From: Octopus sinensis
Taxonomy: Eukaryota
Reading direction: 5' to 3'
DNA length: 8,207 bases
NCBI RefSeq assembly: GCF_006345805.1
Contig: NW_021828483.1
Coordinates: 1-8,207, forward strand
Made by a program: the position numbers and the translations under genes. The notes beneath the pieces were generated by a model. It saw only the letters and a list, made by a program, of their open reading frames with translations, was not told the origin of the DNA and made no database searches. Below are positions 6,620 through 8,207 of this stretch, piece after piece; position 1 is the stretch's first letter; the number at the start of each line of letters is the position of its first letter.

Positions 6620-6719
6620 GAAAGTGTGTGTATGTGTGTGAGAGTATGTGTATATACGTGTGTATGTATATAGTCTACATACATGTACAATATATACCCA
6701 CATTTATACTAAGAGATTC

Positions 6720-6763
<44 letters not shown>

Positions 6764-6981
6764 TATATATATACATATATAGGGAGAGAGAAAGGGAAAG
6801 AGAGAGAAAGAAAGAGAGAGAAAGAAAGAGAGAGCGAAACAGAGGGGAGAGAAACAATCAGACAGACAGATAATACATACATACATACATACATATATGT
6901 ATATATACACGGAGTTGTAAGCATATTTGCATATTTTAAAATATGCATATATATGTAGACATACACACAGACACACACACA

Positions 6982-7035
<54 letters not shown>

Positions 7036-7053
7036 CATACACACAAACACACG

Positions 7054-7106
<53 letters not shown>

Positions 7107-7110
7107 TGTA
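6620..7110. repeat. Compound microsatellite: TG/TA, (TA)n, GA/GAAA, (CATA)n, (CA)n, (TA)n
   Basis: Seen directly. Confidence 0.95.
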
Positions 7111-7145
7111 TGCATCTCCGTATGGTGTTCATGTCCATACCAAAA

Positions 7146-7194
7146 AAGAATAAGAATAAGAATAAAAATAATAATAATGATAATGATAATGATA
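7146..7194. repeat. (AAGAAT)3-(AAT)n-(GATAAT) compound repeat
   Basis: Seen directly. Confidence 0.9.
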
Positions 7195-7457
7195 GCTCAC
7201 TAGGAGTTAAATCAGCCATTTTCTAGCGCCGGTTCAATAGATTCGGGCGACTGAAGCGGGGAAAGTATTCCATTCTTGGCCGTTTTTCTTATTTATCTTT
7301 CCTCCTCTATATGACGCACTTACATCTGTGCGGCATTGTTTCCCGAGTAAGCTTTGAACCCGGCATAACTCTATTTATTTATTACTTTATTGATGAAGTA
7401 TTTGACATTTTGGAAATCGGTAATCACTAGCCCCAGTAGGTTTGAGAACGTTTACCA

Positions 7458-7489
7458 GTCACGTGTCGCCAATAGACAGGTCACGTGTC
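7458..7489. promoter_or_regulatory. Possible cis-regulatory cluster: E-box GTCACGTG, CCAAT, E-box GTCACGTG
   Basis: GTCACGTGTC occurs at 7458 and 7480 with CCAAT at 7469-7473, inside a CpG-rich non-repetitive patch (~7200-7550). No transcript evidence is available. Confidence 0.3.
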
Positions 7490-7552
7490 TGCGATTAACG
7501 CGATCCCCTATCACGCATTAACACGTCGAGTTTGAGTCGTGTGATGTGGACG

Positions 7553-7813
7553 TTTGTATGTAGGTATGTGTAGTAAGCATGTGTTAGTATATTGCGCGTG
7601 TGCGTGCGTGTGCATGTGTGTGTGTGTGCGCGTGTGGTGTGCATACGTGTGTGTTTGTGATAGTGTAAGTATATATATATATATGTACTATTATTATTAT
7701 CATTACTAACATGTGTATAATCGTGTATATATATAAATATGTGTGTGTTATGAGCATATTCATATATTCTATAATAATATATGTGTGTTATATATATATA
7801 TATATATATAATA

Positions 7814-7845
<32 letters not shown>

Positions 7846-8207
7846 GTATATATCTATATATAATATATATATATATATATACATACATACATACATACAT
7901 ACATACATTACATACATACATACATGCACACACGCACACACACACATATATATATGCCTGCACATACACGTATTCGTAAGCTAGTGTATATATAATTACC
8001 CTTTTATGTAAATATGGACATATGCGTTTACGAAATTTGCTTCTGCCCATATACATACAAATGCATACACACACACACACGTACACAAAGGGATATACGC
8101 ATATATACACGTATATACATACATATACGTACTTACAGAAAGAAAGGCACATGCACACATATATCCGTATACATCAAACGCATAAACTGCATCACTGTGC
8201 AACAACA
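7553..8207. repeat. Compound TG/TA/CATA/CA microsatellite mosaic
   Basis: Seen directly. Confidence 0.93.

Noticed and set aside
6346-8205. Many YI/CV/HT-repeat ORFs, also seen at 1917-2304 and 3925-4636
   Set aside because: These are dinucleotide and tetranucleotide microsatellite read-throughs.

Overview
Repeat-dense, gene-free eukaryotic DNA. The SINE families and the density of TA/TATG/CA microsatellites point to an octopus or other coleoid cephalopod; this comes from my recognition of the repeats, not a database search. I found no intact protein-coding gene, and most ORFs in the track are microsatellite read-throughs. In order, the window holds: a ~490-bp tandem repeat with an orientation switch (1-1068); two fused minus-strand tRNA-derived SINEs (1195-1890), part of the second duplicated as a 100-bp fold-back (1903-2002); a G-poor trinucleotide mosaic (2766-3853); a probable LINE 3'-tail fragment (4201-4322); a structured RTE-type LINE 5' UTR (4440-~4965) whose first ~70 nt can be threaded onto a decayed HDV-like ribozyme fold; a 213-bp palindrome (5109-5321); the decayed 3' end of an L1/Tx1-type LINE ORF2 (5412-6073, minus); a further SINE copy (6158-6346); and a CpG-rich unique patch with an E-box/CCAAT/E-box cluster (7458-7489). 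The most interesting candidate is the HDV-like ribozyme relic at the 5' boundary of the RTE-like element.
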